This document shows positions 8,648 to 16,446 of a stretch of 64,000 bases of DNA, piece by piece. The position numbers and the translations under genes were made by a program. The notes under the pieces were generated by a model that was given only the letters and a program-made list of their open reading frames with translations, made no database searches and had not been told where the DNA came from. Where the stretch lies: positions 19,816-83,815 of the forward strand of contig JACQGC010000004.1 in NCBI GenBank assembly GCA_016199805.1. The letters are read 5' to 3'. The stretch is from Candidatus Nomurabacteria bacterium. Lineage in GTDB: Bacteria; Patescibacteriota; Minisyncoccia; Phycocordibacterales; UBA9973. How positions within the stretch are numbered: the stretch's first letter is position 1; each line of letters starts with the position of its first letter.

Positions 8648-9639
8648 TTTAGCATTTTCTGCAATTTATATGCATTCCCATGTTTCAACATCCCCAAATA
8701 AGATTGAATCGTTGCTGGTTTCTGGCTATTTTTCACATTCTTAAGCATTCTCCTTTCCGTGCTAGTCCGCAAAACTCTATGCTCAGGAAAATGTACCCAG
8801 CCAAGAAAATCCACACCAGAAGCAATGGTTTTAATATAAACTTTATCTGGGTGCATTTGTAATTTTAATTTGTTTTCCAAAAATTCTTCCATTTTTTCTA
8901 ACACATTTTCTAAATACTTTTTGTCTTCACTCAAAACAACAAAATCATCAGCATATCGTATGTAATATTTCACTTTCAATTCTCTTTTTGCAAACTGGTC
9001 AAATTCATTCATATAGATATTTACTAAAAGTTGAGAAGTTAAATTACCAAGCGGTAGACCTTTTTGCATATTTACGCTATCGCGCATATATGCATCTGTG
9101 TAAAAACTGTCTATCACTTGTGAAAGTAGCCATAAAATATATATGTCAAAGACCGTCTTTGACAATATTCCTTTTAAGATTTGATGATCAATATTCGCAA
9201 AGAATTTTCGGATGTCGCATTTTAATACAAGGCAAGACCTTGTACTGTTTTTGGAAACTTTAAAAATATAGTCTTGAAATCTATTTATTGCTTTATGGGT
9301 GCCTTTGTTTACCCTGCAGGAATACGAATCATTTATAAATTTGGAGTCAAAATATTCATACAGTTCTTGGTAAATTAAATGGTGAAGCAATCTGTCTCGT
9401 ACTGTAGCTTTATGGATTATTCTTGGTTTGGGGTCAGAAATATTGAAAGCTGTGTAACCTCCGTGAGTATATGTTTTGTTTTTTAAATCATTATGTAGAT
9501 CGAGAATATTATCCATCAACTTAGCTTGAAATAGAATCACGTCTTTCCTATCTTTTTTATCATGTAAAAATTCCTGCCAAGCTTTGAGCAGTTTTTCTAC
9601 AGTTATGATATTATCGTAAGTATGCATAAATTGTTTCAT
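8644..9639 (-). CDS. DGR-type reverse transcriptase
   Basis: RT motifs DIRKFFANIDH, LPLGNLTSQLLVNIY (DGR-specific GxxxSQ motif 4), YADDFVV and FLGW thumb; no maturase or endonuclease domains; TR/VR pair adjacent. Confidence 0.85.
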   Translation of the reverse strand: MKQFMHTYDNIITVEKLLKAWQEFLHDKKDRKDVILFQAKLMDNILDLHNDLKNKTYTHGGYTAFNISDPKPRIIHKATVRDRLLHHLIYQELYEYFDSKFINDSYSCRVNKGTHKAINRFQDYIFKVSKNSTRSCLVLKCDIRKFFANIDHQILKGILSKTVFDIYILWLLSQVIDSFYTDAYMRDSVNMQKGLPLGNLTSQLLVNIYMNEFDQFAKRELKVKYYIRYADDFVVLSEDKKYLENVLEKMEEFLENKLKLQMHPDKVYIKTIASGVDFLGWVHFPEHRVLRTSTERRMLKNVKNSQKPATIQSYLGMLKHGNAYKLQKMLK

Positions 9640-9748
9640 ATTTCTCGGACCCCCCCCCGCAGCGCCTTCAGCGCTTTTAAAAACAAAAACCGCCTACTCT
9701 CTTTGGTTTAACATATATAACGATTTTCCGAAAGCGCATAGATACACC

Positions 9749-10006
9749 TTGGGTGGAAAGATTGAAGATTATTTCCTCGGGTTGTTGGAAAACATTTTCA
9801 TTTCTATTTATCTACCGCCGGAAACTAAAATTCCCCGACTTATTATCGCAATTTCTAAACTTGATGGAGTTAAGTTTTTTCTACAAATCGCTTGGGAAAA
9901 TAAATGTATTAGTAATGAAAAATATTCCCAGCTTTCAGAAAAATTAGATGAAATTGGAAAAATGCTTGGTGGTTGGAAAAAAGGCCTAGAAAAGAAAACT
10001 CCCTGA
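9749..10006 (+). CDS. Avd-like four-helix-bundle protein (short or truncated; TTG start)
   Basis: C-terminus SEKLDEIGKMLGGWKKGLEKK and LPPETK segment match the TIGR02436/Avd family pattern (..FPKDE.. / ..EEVSKMLNGL..); about 30 aa shorter than typical and on the strand opposite the RT. Confidence 0.4.
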   Translation: MGGKIEDYFLGLLENIFISIYLPPETKIPRLIIAISKLDGVKFFLQIAWENKCISNEKYSQLSEKLDEIGKMLGGWKKGLEKKTP

Positions 10007-10030
10007 ACTTAGTCAGGGAGAAACATTCTT

Positions 10031-10147
10031 AGTTTCGGAACGACGATTCGATGAGCGTACTTGGCATTCCAGACATTGCTGTTCTCAAGCGGATTGACGT
10101 TCAAGTTCAGACGACCATCGTCATACACGTTGACGTTGGCAACGAAG
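10031..10147 (-). repeat. DGR template repeat (TR), 117 nt
   Basis: Near-identical to 10523-10639; all 18 mismatches fall on TR adenines (minus strand); AAC-rich. Confidence 0.85.
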
Positions 10148-10453
10148 ATTTGTAGGATAAGCCATCTATTCCACCGCCAGCCTGAGCATAACTTAATATC
10201 AAAGACTGTGCTGTATATTATTTGAGAGCGTAAAACTCTTCCAACTCACCCCACCAACTTTTATGTTTTTTTGTTTTAAAAAAGAATTCACTCTTCCACG
10301 AGACATATCCGGCGAAATTCTCAAATTGATTTTTAAGCAATCATGTCCCAAAGCCTTGACCGTGAGCATTTCCAGATTGCGGATTTAGTATATATTAAAA
10401 TTTAAAAAGATAAAGGGTCAAAGGGAAAAAGTTTCAAAGTGACAAATGAAAAA

Positions 10454-10502
10454 CCGTTCCTCCAGGTCGGCTTTTCACCTTACTGATGGAACGGTTTGAT
10501 GT
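10454..10502 (-). promoter_or_regulatory. inverted repeat/hairpin immediately downstream of VR (candidate DGR target-recognition structure)
   Basis: ccgttcctccagg ... ctgatggaacgg (10 of 12 complementary) with a ~19-nt loop, starting ~20 nt after the target stop codon. Confidence 0.5.
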
Positions 10503-10518
10503 TGAAACAGAAACAAAG

Positions 10519-11199
10519 TTACAGTTGCGGAACGACGACCCGATGAGCGCACCTGGCACCCCAGACATTGCTGAACTCAAGCGGATCGACGCCCAAGTCC
10601 AGACGACCATCGCCACACACGCTGACGCCGGCAACGAAGAAGCCGCCGTTTTCCCCCTCAAACAGGAAGAAGGTACCGTAGCCCTCTGCACGAAGATACT
10701 CGCGGTTGCGAGGATCTCGACAGAATGCCACGATTTGCGACTCCTGCCAGCAGAGACGTTTCAGATTCTCGCCGAAGCCTCCGAAGACCTGTGCGTAAGT
10801 ACCGTCTTTGATCATGTAGTAGACGGCTAGGACGGTTTTTTTCGTTGCCTTGCAGACTCCACGCTTCGCGGCTCCGTAGATGCCCGCATTGAAAACGTCA
10901 TTTGCTTCTGCCAGCGTCTCCTTCCCGTCGGTTTCCGCGAGCTCAATTGTGCGATCGGCAAACAAACGCTTGAGCCGCCCGACCACGTTCTCCGCGAGCT
11001 CGGCGAGAATAGTCTTCACCGTAGCTTTCACCACTGCCGCGATTTTATCACCCTGAGTCAATACCCGCTGAAAGTTATCGCCGTGGAGCACCCCGTTGGC
11101 GGAGAGCTCGATTACTGCCTCGTCTACTACCTTGCGGGTCGCAGACGCCACAACCGTCATCAACTGCTCTTTTCTTTCGAGTGTAATCATGCTGGGCAT
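10519..11199 (-). CDS. DGR target protein with C-terminal variable region (CLec/FGE-like fold inferred)
   Basis: VR occupies the last ~39 codons (..GYGTFFLFEGENGGFFVAGVSVCGDGRLDLGVDPLEFSNVWGARCAHRVVVPQL); higher GC than flanking genes. Confidence 0.8.
   Translation of the reverse strand: MPSMITLERKEQLMTVVASATRKVVDEAVIELSANGVLHGDNFQRVLTQGDKIAAVVKATVKTILAELAENVVGRLKRLFADRTIELAETDGKETLAEANDVFNAGIYGAAKRGVCKATKKTVLAVYYMIKDGTYAQVFGGFGENLKRLCWQESQIVAFCRDPRNREYLRAEGYGTFFLFEGENGGFFVAGVSVCGDGRLDLGVDPLEFSNVWGARCAHRVVVPQL
10523..10639 (-). repeat. DGR variable repeat (VR) at the 3' end of the target gene
   Basis: 117-nt match to the TR with 18 substitutions, exclusively at TR-adenine positions (A to G 15, A to T 2, A to C 1); ends 2 nt before the stop codon. 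Confidence 0.85.
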
Positions 11200-11336
11200 G
11201 TTATCATCCTTTTCTGCTAGATAACTACGTATCCCGTAGTCATAGCCAGGAAACGCCTAAAATTAAGCATCTTTTGGCTATGACTACTATTTTGCAAGTA
11301 ACTTTTTAAGGAACAATATATCTTTATATAATACAC

Positions 11337-11930
11337 TTAATTTCTCATTAAGTCAATACTTCCGTCTTTATGCAATTTTATCAGTTTGGAGGCTTTGTTT
11401 TTGATTGTGCCGCCGTCTATATATAGGTCAACACTGTAACCAAAGTATTTTCTAGCATCTTCCATGGTTTCACACGGCGGAATAGTTTCCAGATTGGCCG
11501 ATGGCGCAATGAGTGGTCCAGTTTCCAAAAGCAAATCCCGCAGAGCTTGTGGAGCGGGCAAACGAAAGGCTAAAGTATTTGTGCCACGATGCAAATACTC
11601 CAAGGCCGGGTCGGGACAATCCAAAACAATACTGACAGCTCGCTCGTGGCACATATCAGCCATGACTGATATGTGCCACAGCTCTTTTAATTTATTTTTT
11701 TGCTCTTGTGTTAAAATTACAGAAAACTTTTCAAGTTCACTCGTGTCTCCAATCAAAATAATGCAGGGTTTGGTTGGATTTCTTTTGCGGATAGTGTAAA
11801 TGCGATTGACTACAAATTCTGCTTGCGCCCGGCCGACCATGCCATAGATGGTATCCGTCGGCATAATCACCACACCATCTTCTTGTAAAATTTTTATTAA
11901 ATTTTTATCGTTCCAAATATTTTCTTGCAT
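11337..11930 (-). CDS. tsaC: L-threonylcarbamoyladenylate synthase TsaC/YrdC
   Basis: VIMPTDTIYGM YrdC/Sua5 signature, ~197 aa. Confidence 0.85.
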   Translation of the reverse strand: MQENIWNDKNLIKILQEDGVVIMPTDTIYGMVGRAQAEFVVNRIYTIRKRNPTKPCIILIGDTSELEKFSVILTQEQKNKLKELWHISVMADMCHERAVSIVLDCPDPALEYLHRGTNTLAFRLPAPQALRDLLLETGPLIAPSANLETIPPCETMEDARKYFGYSVDLYIDGGTIKNKASKLIKLHKDGSIDLMRN

Positions 11931-11931
11931 T

Positions 11932-12375
11932 TTATTTTAATTCCAAACTTCTGTGACCTTTTTCTTTATGCGAAATATAGATGTATCGGGCATTGGATGG
12001 GATAACACCTGAAACATTTTCCGGCCACTCAATGAAAACTATGTGTTCTTTATTGCCGATAATTTCTTCCCAACCCAGATGTAATAATTCTTTTTCATTT
12101 TTCAAACGATATGCATCAAAATGATATAAAAATTTATATTTTTTTGATTTAATCTTGTATTTTTTAAAAATAACAAAAGTCGGGCTTTTGATTTTATCTT
12201 TTAGGCCAAGGTGTTTGCCGACTGCTTGCGTAAAAGCCGTCTTGCCCGCGCCCAAATCTCCGGACAAGGCCACCACTAAAGCGCCTTTTTGCTTGGCGCT
12301 GGTTTTTAAAATTTTCTCCAGAAATATCTTGGCTATTTCCCCGGTTTCTTTGGTGTTTTTTGAAATCTTTTTCAT
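11932..12375 (-). CDS. tsaE: tRNA threonylcarbamoyladenosine biosynthesis protein TsaE
   Basis: P-loop ALSGDLGAGKTAFTQAVGK and PTFVIFKKY; adjacent to tsaC. Confidence 0.85.
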   Translation of the reverse strand: MKKISKNTKETGEIAKIFLEKILKTSAKQKGALVVALSGDLGAGKTAFTQAVGKHLGLKDKIKSPTFVIFKKYKIKSKKYKFLYHFDAYRLKNEKELLHLGWEEIIGNKEHIVFIEWPENVSGVIPSNARYIYISHKEKGHRSLELK

Positions 12376-12447
12376 CCCAGTACTAAAATTTTAATTTATA
12401 AACCCTATCTTTATTACCCGTAATCAAAAATTTAGTACGGGACAGGT
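12376..12447 (-). promoter_or_regulatory. conserved bipartite upstream element (canonical copy) abutting the tsaE start codon
   Basis: cccagtactaaaattttaattt...cccgtaatcaaaaatttagtacgggacaggtt; ends near-identical to the nusG copy. Confidence 0.55.
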
Positions 12448-12487
12448 TGCTTTCATATTAACATATTTTGGTGTATTATCTTAAGAC

Positions 12488-12880
12488 ATGAGAAATAATA
12501 TTGCGAAATTTTTCGATAAATTGGAAATTATGATACGGGGGAAATTGAGCCATTACCCTATTTTATACGCACTCGTAGGCGGAGTGGGCATCGTGCTATT
12601 TTGGCGCGGCGTCTGGCACACCGCCGATGACATGAATATGAGTAGTATCCTGTCCTTAATATTGGGATTTTTTATCCTCGTTTTGACCGGAGTGTTTGTG
12701 GCGGAATTTATCGGAAACAAACTCATTATGACCGGCCTCATCGGTGAAAAAAAATTGGAAGAAAAAGAAGAGGGTGAAATCGAAACGGAAGAAAGCCAAT
12801 TGAAAAATCTGCAAAGCACTTTAAACCGACTGGAAAAAAAGTTGGAACATATTGATGAAGAAATAGACGAAAAGAAATAA
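12488..12880 (+). CDS. hypothetical membrane protein with acidic coiled-coil C-terminus
   Basis: Two TM segments followed by a KKLEEKEEGEIETEESQLKNLQ coiled-coil-like tail. Confidence 0.4.
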   Translation: MRNNIAKFFDKLEIMIRGKLSHYPILYALVGGVGIVLFWRGVWHTADDMNMSSILSLILGFFILVLTGVFVAEFIGNKLIMTGLIGEKKLEEKEEGEIETEESQLKNLQSTLNRLEKKLEHIDEEIDEKK

Positions 12881-12942
12881 CTTTTATTTCATAATTTTTT
12901 CACCCCTTCTTTTATAGGATTTGATATGAAGGAGTACCTGGT

Positions 12943-13095
12943 ATGCAGTGGGTAGAAGCTTGGTTCACGGCAATAAAGCTCTTCGTAGTCGCGATCTTGG
13001 GTATATTCGTCTTGGTCATCAGAAAGTTTTCCAGGCGGACCCAAGACAGGGACGAGATGAAGAAAAACGTGAGGAGAAATGAAGACAGGTTATAA
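12943..13095 (+). CDS. small single-TM protein (50 aa) with strong RBS
   Basis: GAAGGAG 8 nt upstream of ATG; MQWVEAWFTAIKLFVVAILGIFVLVIRKF TM helix; followed by a strong terminator. Confidence 0.35.
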   Translation: MQWVEAWFTAIKLFVVAILGIFVLVIRKFSRRTQDRDEMKKNVRRNEDRL

Positions 13096-13108
13096 GCCCA
13101 AAGCGAAA

Positions 13109-13143
13109 GAGGCGCCAACGATCCGTTGGCGCCTCGCTTTTTA
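13109..13143 (+). terminator. rho-independent terminator
   Basis: GAGGCGCCAACG-ATC-CGTTGGCGCCTC perfect 12-bp stem followed by a T-run. Confidence 0.7.
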
Positions 13144-13383
13144 TAGATGCCTCGGCCTTGCATTGGAATATAATATATAAACCAAGGCCGTTATGAAAGA
13201 ACTACGCTCGCAACATATTGTTGTTTTTTCGCATAATCTCATTTCAAGAGCAAGGCACGACTGGCCCGTCAAGTTGTCCTTCGCGTATGCTCACGCATAA
13301 GCTCCAGATCTCCCTCAAGGCCAACTCGCCCGGGGTGAAATAAAATAGTTTGAAAAACAAAATATAAATGCGAGGCTAAAGAA

Positions 13384-14262
13384 CTAGTTGTCGTTGCAGG
13401 CTGCCAGTTTTTTTCTCATCTCCGCCTGTGAAATTGTTGGGATTCTCAATTTTGTGTGTTTATCCAAGTGGTCATGTTTGTTTTTTGGATTGTCTGCAAT
13501 GTTATCTTCAAAACAATACACACAACCAACCCGGCGTATGGTTGTATCACGCCACTCAACAACCTCTCCATAATACACGAAGGGTTGTTTCGGCTTCGGA
13601 CGTAATTTCTCTATCTCCTCGTTAGCAGTTTTCAATCTTTCATTCAACGCATCAACTGCTTCCTCTTTGTCAATTTGATTTTCCTTTTCCAGGTGCGGAA
13701 TAAAAGAAAACCAGAAATAAGCCAGAACAGCCGTGGCTCCGAACAAGCAACCGAGACCTATTCCCCAGAACATACTTGAAATTACGGATTGGTCCGCCCC
13801 CTTGAGAAGAAGGTGAAGTTTACCGTTCACCTCCCCCAGATGTTTATTTTTGTCTTGTAGATTGTTGTTGTCAGCGCCGGGAGATTGCCCTTGTTTCTCT
13901 TCGTCCGCAACCTCGGTTTCTTCTTTCTTGTCTTCCAACGTCGACATCGCCGTCTCTTGTTTTTGGAATGCTTTTATGTCCTTAAACAAGAGGAGTGTGT
14001 CCTGCTGAACTTTCTCTGACGGTTTTTCCGCCTTGCAGTTGTCGGGAACAAACATAGTGTCCCCAACGTGAATTTTCGTGAGCCGAAATGACGGCACGGC
14101 GCTCAGCCACATCACTTCGGATGTCCAGAGAACACTGCCACATTCTCTACTGGCGACATCTACAATACCGGCGTCACCTTCTTGAAACATTGTTTTTCTT
14201 ACCGGAGCGGCCGCGCAAAGCGCGGCCCCCACGATGCAAATCATCAGCAATCTACCCGTCAT
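13384..14262 (-). CDS. island-encoded membrane protein (signal peptide, central TM, Cys-containing C-terminus)
   Basis: MTGRLLMICIVGAALCAAAPV signal-like N-terminus; WGIGLGCLFGATAVLAYFWFSFI TM; coiled-coil EEAVDALNERLKTANEEIEKLR; immediately downstream of the FtsZ-like gene. Confidence 0.45.
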   Translation of the reverse strand: MTGRLLMICIVGAALCAAAPVRKTMFQEGDAGIVDVASRECGSVLWTSEVMWLSAVPSFRLTKIHVGDTMFVPDNCKAEKPSEKVQQDTLLLFKDIKAFQKQETAMSTLEDKKEETEVADEEKQGQSPGADNNNLQDKNKHLGEVNGKLHLLLKGADQSVISSMFWGIGLGCLFGATAVLAYFWFSFIPHLEKENQIDKEEAVDALNERLKTANEEIEKLRPKPKQPFVYYGEVVEWRDTTIRRVGCVYCFEDNIADNPKNKHDHLDKHTKLRIPTISQAEMRKKLAACNDN

Positions 14263-14270
14263 GATTACTC

Positions 14271-15716
14271 CTAACTTTTTGGTCTTAGTCTCGTCAGGTC
14301 GTGTGGAATGTATATTTCAACTTCTGTCGCCTGAGCTATCGCCCGCTGAACTTTTTCCGCTATTTCTAAGCGAAAAAGTGACGGATTCCCAGTGTAGAGA
14401 GAAAGTTCTTGGTAACGCTTAGCAAGTTCCGGAGAAGCCTCAACCTCTTGCTTGTCACCCTTGGCGTTGATGACCACTTCAAACCGAACCTTGGGTTGTT
14501 CGGCGACCACGGCGCCATTCGTCTTCTGCGGCGCAGGCGGCGCAACTTCCAGAGACACCATTGGTCTGCCCACGATGGCGGGAACCCCGGTCTCCGGCGT
14601 CATTGGTTTACCCATAGCGAAAACCGAACCCTCTTTCTTTTCGTTTGCGTCGGGTAGGTTTCTGGGCGGGTCTTTCGCTACCGCCATTAGCCTGACCCTT
14701 TTTACACCCTTCTCCACGCCCCTTTTCTTTATGCCGAACTTCAACTCATACGGTTCACCGTGAACCATCTTTTTCCTGATACACTCCTGTATGGCCTCAC
14801 GGTCTTGAATGGGCCACCCTTTATCTGACTCATACCAAAGGACTACCCTCAGGGCGTTCTCAATAATCCTCGGATTGAGACATGGAGCGCCGCTAAACAA
14901 AACGTTATCTATGTCACCCAGGCTGTTGTTTGTGGCATCGAAAGATATGGGCAGAGCGTGGTTGCCCGTAGCCAATAACTTTTTCAAGTCGCTCAGGTCC
15001 AGGTCCCTGACATCCCCCCAATCCTGGAGCAACGATTTGTAAAAATCCAAGATCCAGAACAGGGACGTCTCGTTTATTTTCTGCCAGGCCTCTTCGTCGT
15101 CAATTGTTTTGTCCTGCCACCTCTCATTCTCAATGAGCGTGACCGTGCAATATTTCAAGATCCGCTCGTACATGTCTCCGCCGTGCCTCACCCGCTCCGG
15201 CCCCTCACCCACACTAGGCATTGCGAGGATGGCGTAAGTGGGTATATTCATCTTCTGGAGCATTTCTGCTACCGGTGGCACTGCGCCACAAGTACCGCCA
15301 CCCAAACCGGCGACCAAGCAGACACTATCATACTTGGCAAAAAGGTCTTTAAGGAGTTTTGTTTTTTCCTCTTCCTTGACCATCTCTTCGCCTTTGTTCG
15401 CATCGCCGCCAGCTCCCCAACCTTTTTCTCCCAACTGAAGTTTAAGAAAACGGTCCTCAAGACGAGTCCAGCCGAGCATATGACCACAATCTGCTTCTTC
15501 GCTTTGGTTGACTTCAAAACGATTCTTCAACTGGCTCTGATTGGACTCCATAGCCAAAACAGTCAGGTGGGGATTCATCTCTGGATCATATTTTCTGAGC
15601 ATTGCCGCAATTGCCGTCGTGCCGCAACCGCCGAATCCCACAACTAACAATTTTGCTTTTACTTTGGGAGCAATTACTTCCTCTTTTTTTTCAACCTTCA
15701 CGTCTTTATCTGCCAT
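14271..15716 (-). CDS. divergent FtsZ/tubulin-superfamily GTPase
   Basis: T1 loop VVGFGGCGTTAIAAM, T3-like GWGAGGDANKGEE, T4 signature VAGLGGGTCGAVPPVAEM (cf. FtsZ GGGTGTG); alignable to E. coli FtsZ over the GTPase domain; long divergent C-terminal half. Confidence 0.8.
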   Translation of the reverse strand: MADKDVKVEKKEEVIAPKVKAKLLVVGFGGCGTTAIAAMLRKYDPEMNPHLTVLAMESNQSQLKNRFEVNQSEEADCGHMLGWTRLEDRFLKLQLGEKGWGAGGDANKGEEMVKEEEKTKLLKDLFAKYDSVCLVAGLGGGTCGAVPPVAEMLQKMNIPTYAILAMPSVGEGPERVRHGGDMYERILKYCTVTLIENERWQDKTIDDEEAWQKINETSLFWILDFYKSLLQDWGDVRDLDLSDLKKLLATGNHALPISFDATNNSLGDIDNVLFSGAPCLNPRIIENALRVVLWYESDKGWPIQDREAIQECIRKKMVHGEPYELKFGIKKRGVEKGVKRVRLMAVAKDPPRNLPDANEKKEGSVFAMGKPMTPETGVPAIVGRPMVSLEVAPPAPQKTNGAVVAEQPKVRFEVVINAKGDKQEVEASPELAKRYQELSLYTGNPSLFRLEIAEKVQRAIAQATEVEIYIPHDLTRLRPKS

Positions 15717-15730
15717 CTCTTCTCTCCTCC

Positions 15731-16096
15731 TTACTCTTCGGATACAACTTCAAAACTTTGTTGCGCTTTGTACTTGAGATACGACGGGTCGCTGAATATC
15801 TCCAGAAGACGTTGCTGGATAAATGCCTTCACTTGCTCTTCGTCTGAATCACCCAAATCGGTGAAGACAAAGAACAGAAGCATTTCTACCGACCGCGTCA
15901 ATTTATCTCCTGACCCGCCAAGCTCAAGCGTCACCCCATGCTCAAACCTCGTCCTAATGTTGGACGCACTTGTTTCAAGACTTTCTTTGACGTCGGCAAT
16001 AATTGCTGCTCCGACGCTCATCAATTCCTCCCTCTCTTCGTCGGTAATTCTTCTCGGGTTATTATCTACGTCCGCGCTCCAGCTCCCCACGAACAC
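15731..16096 (-). CDS. island-encoded small acidic protein
   Basis: 121 aa, Asp/Glu-rich, directly upstream of the FtsZ-like gene on the same strand. Confidence 0.35.
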   Translation of the reverse strand: MFVGSWSADVDNNPRRITDEEREELMSVGAAIIADVKESLETSASNIRTRFEHGVTLELGGSGDKLTRSVEMLLFFVFTDLGDSDEEQVKAFIQQRLLEIFSDPSYLKYKAQQSFEVVSEE

Positions 16097-16220
16097 CCCC
16101 TTTCTTTTTACTTTTAATTCTCTTCTGTTTTCAACGAACTCGCAACGAACTAGAAAATGCCCATTGTAAAATTCTGTCTTGAGAATATCAAAACAGTTAT
16201 GAAAATATTATGAAAATAAA

Positions 16221-16295
16221 TGGGGTGGTTATCGGGGGTTGAACCCGAACTAAAAGCTCCACAAGCTTCTGTGCTGCCGCTACACCATAACCACC
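16221..16295 (-). tRNA. tRNA-His (anticodon GTG) with encoded G-1 and CCA
   Basis: Cloverleaf with 8-bp acceptor stem (G-1:C73), anticodon loop TTGTGGA, T-loop TTCAACC, 3' CCA encoded. Confidence 0.8.
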
Positions 16296-16320
16296 ATGTA
16301 CAAAAAACAACAAAACACTG

Positions 16321-16404
16321 TGCTCGGGGGGAGATTTGAACTCCCATGCCCTTGCGGGCGCTACCACCTCAAGGTAGTACGTCTACCAGTTTCGCCACCC
16401 GAGC
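16321..16404 (-). tRNA. tRNA-Leu (anticodon GAG), class II with long variable arm
   Basis: GCTCGGG acceptor, anticodon loop TTGAGGT, long variable arm GCGCCCGCAAGGGCA, T-loop TTCAAAT. Confidence 0.75.
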
Positions 16405-16446
16405 ATATTATGAGTATAGCAAGAGTTAAGAAAAAATAATAGAAAT

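Larger units (their letters stand above)
12930..16200. mobile_element. high-GC genomic island next to tRNA-His/tRNA-Leu (FtsZ/tubulin-like cassette); putative horizontally acquired element
   Basis: Abrupt compositional shift (GC-rich codons, many spurious six-frame ORFs) bounded by AT-rich housekeeping genes on the left and two tRNAs on the right; no integrase seen in the window. Confidence 0.45.

Noticed and set aside
8644-9800. RT considered as a group II intron maturase or a retron RT with an upstream msr/msd ncRNA
   Set aside because: No domain X or endonuclease region and no intron-like flanking structure. The motif-4 GNLTSQ and the TR/VR pair with adenine-specific differences point to a DGR instead. 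The hairpin at 9661-9680 is too small to be a retron msr/msd.
10434-10830. ORFs 10434-10691 (-) and 10486-10830 (+) overlapping the DGR variable repeat
   Set aside because: They overlap the 3' end of the target gene in other frames or strands, have no motifs, and are explained by the GC-rich VR region. The 226-aa target CDS is the coherent reading.
14271-15716. FtsZ-like gene considered as the housekeeping division ftsZ
   Set aside because: There is no ftsA, ftsQ, mur or ftsW context. The glycine loops are non-canonical (GFGGCGTT, GGGTCGA), the C-terminal half is unrelated to FtsZ, and the gene sits in a compositionally foreign island beside tRNAs.
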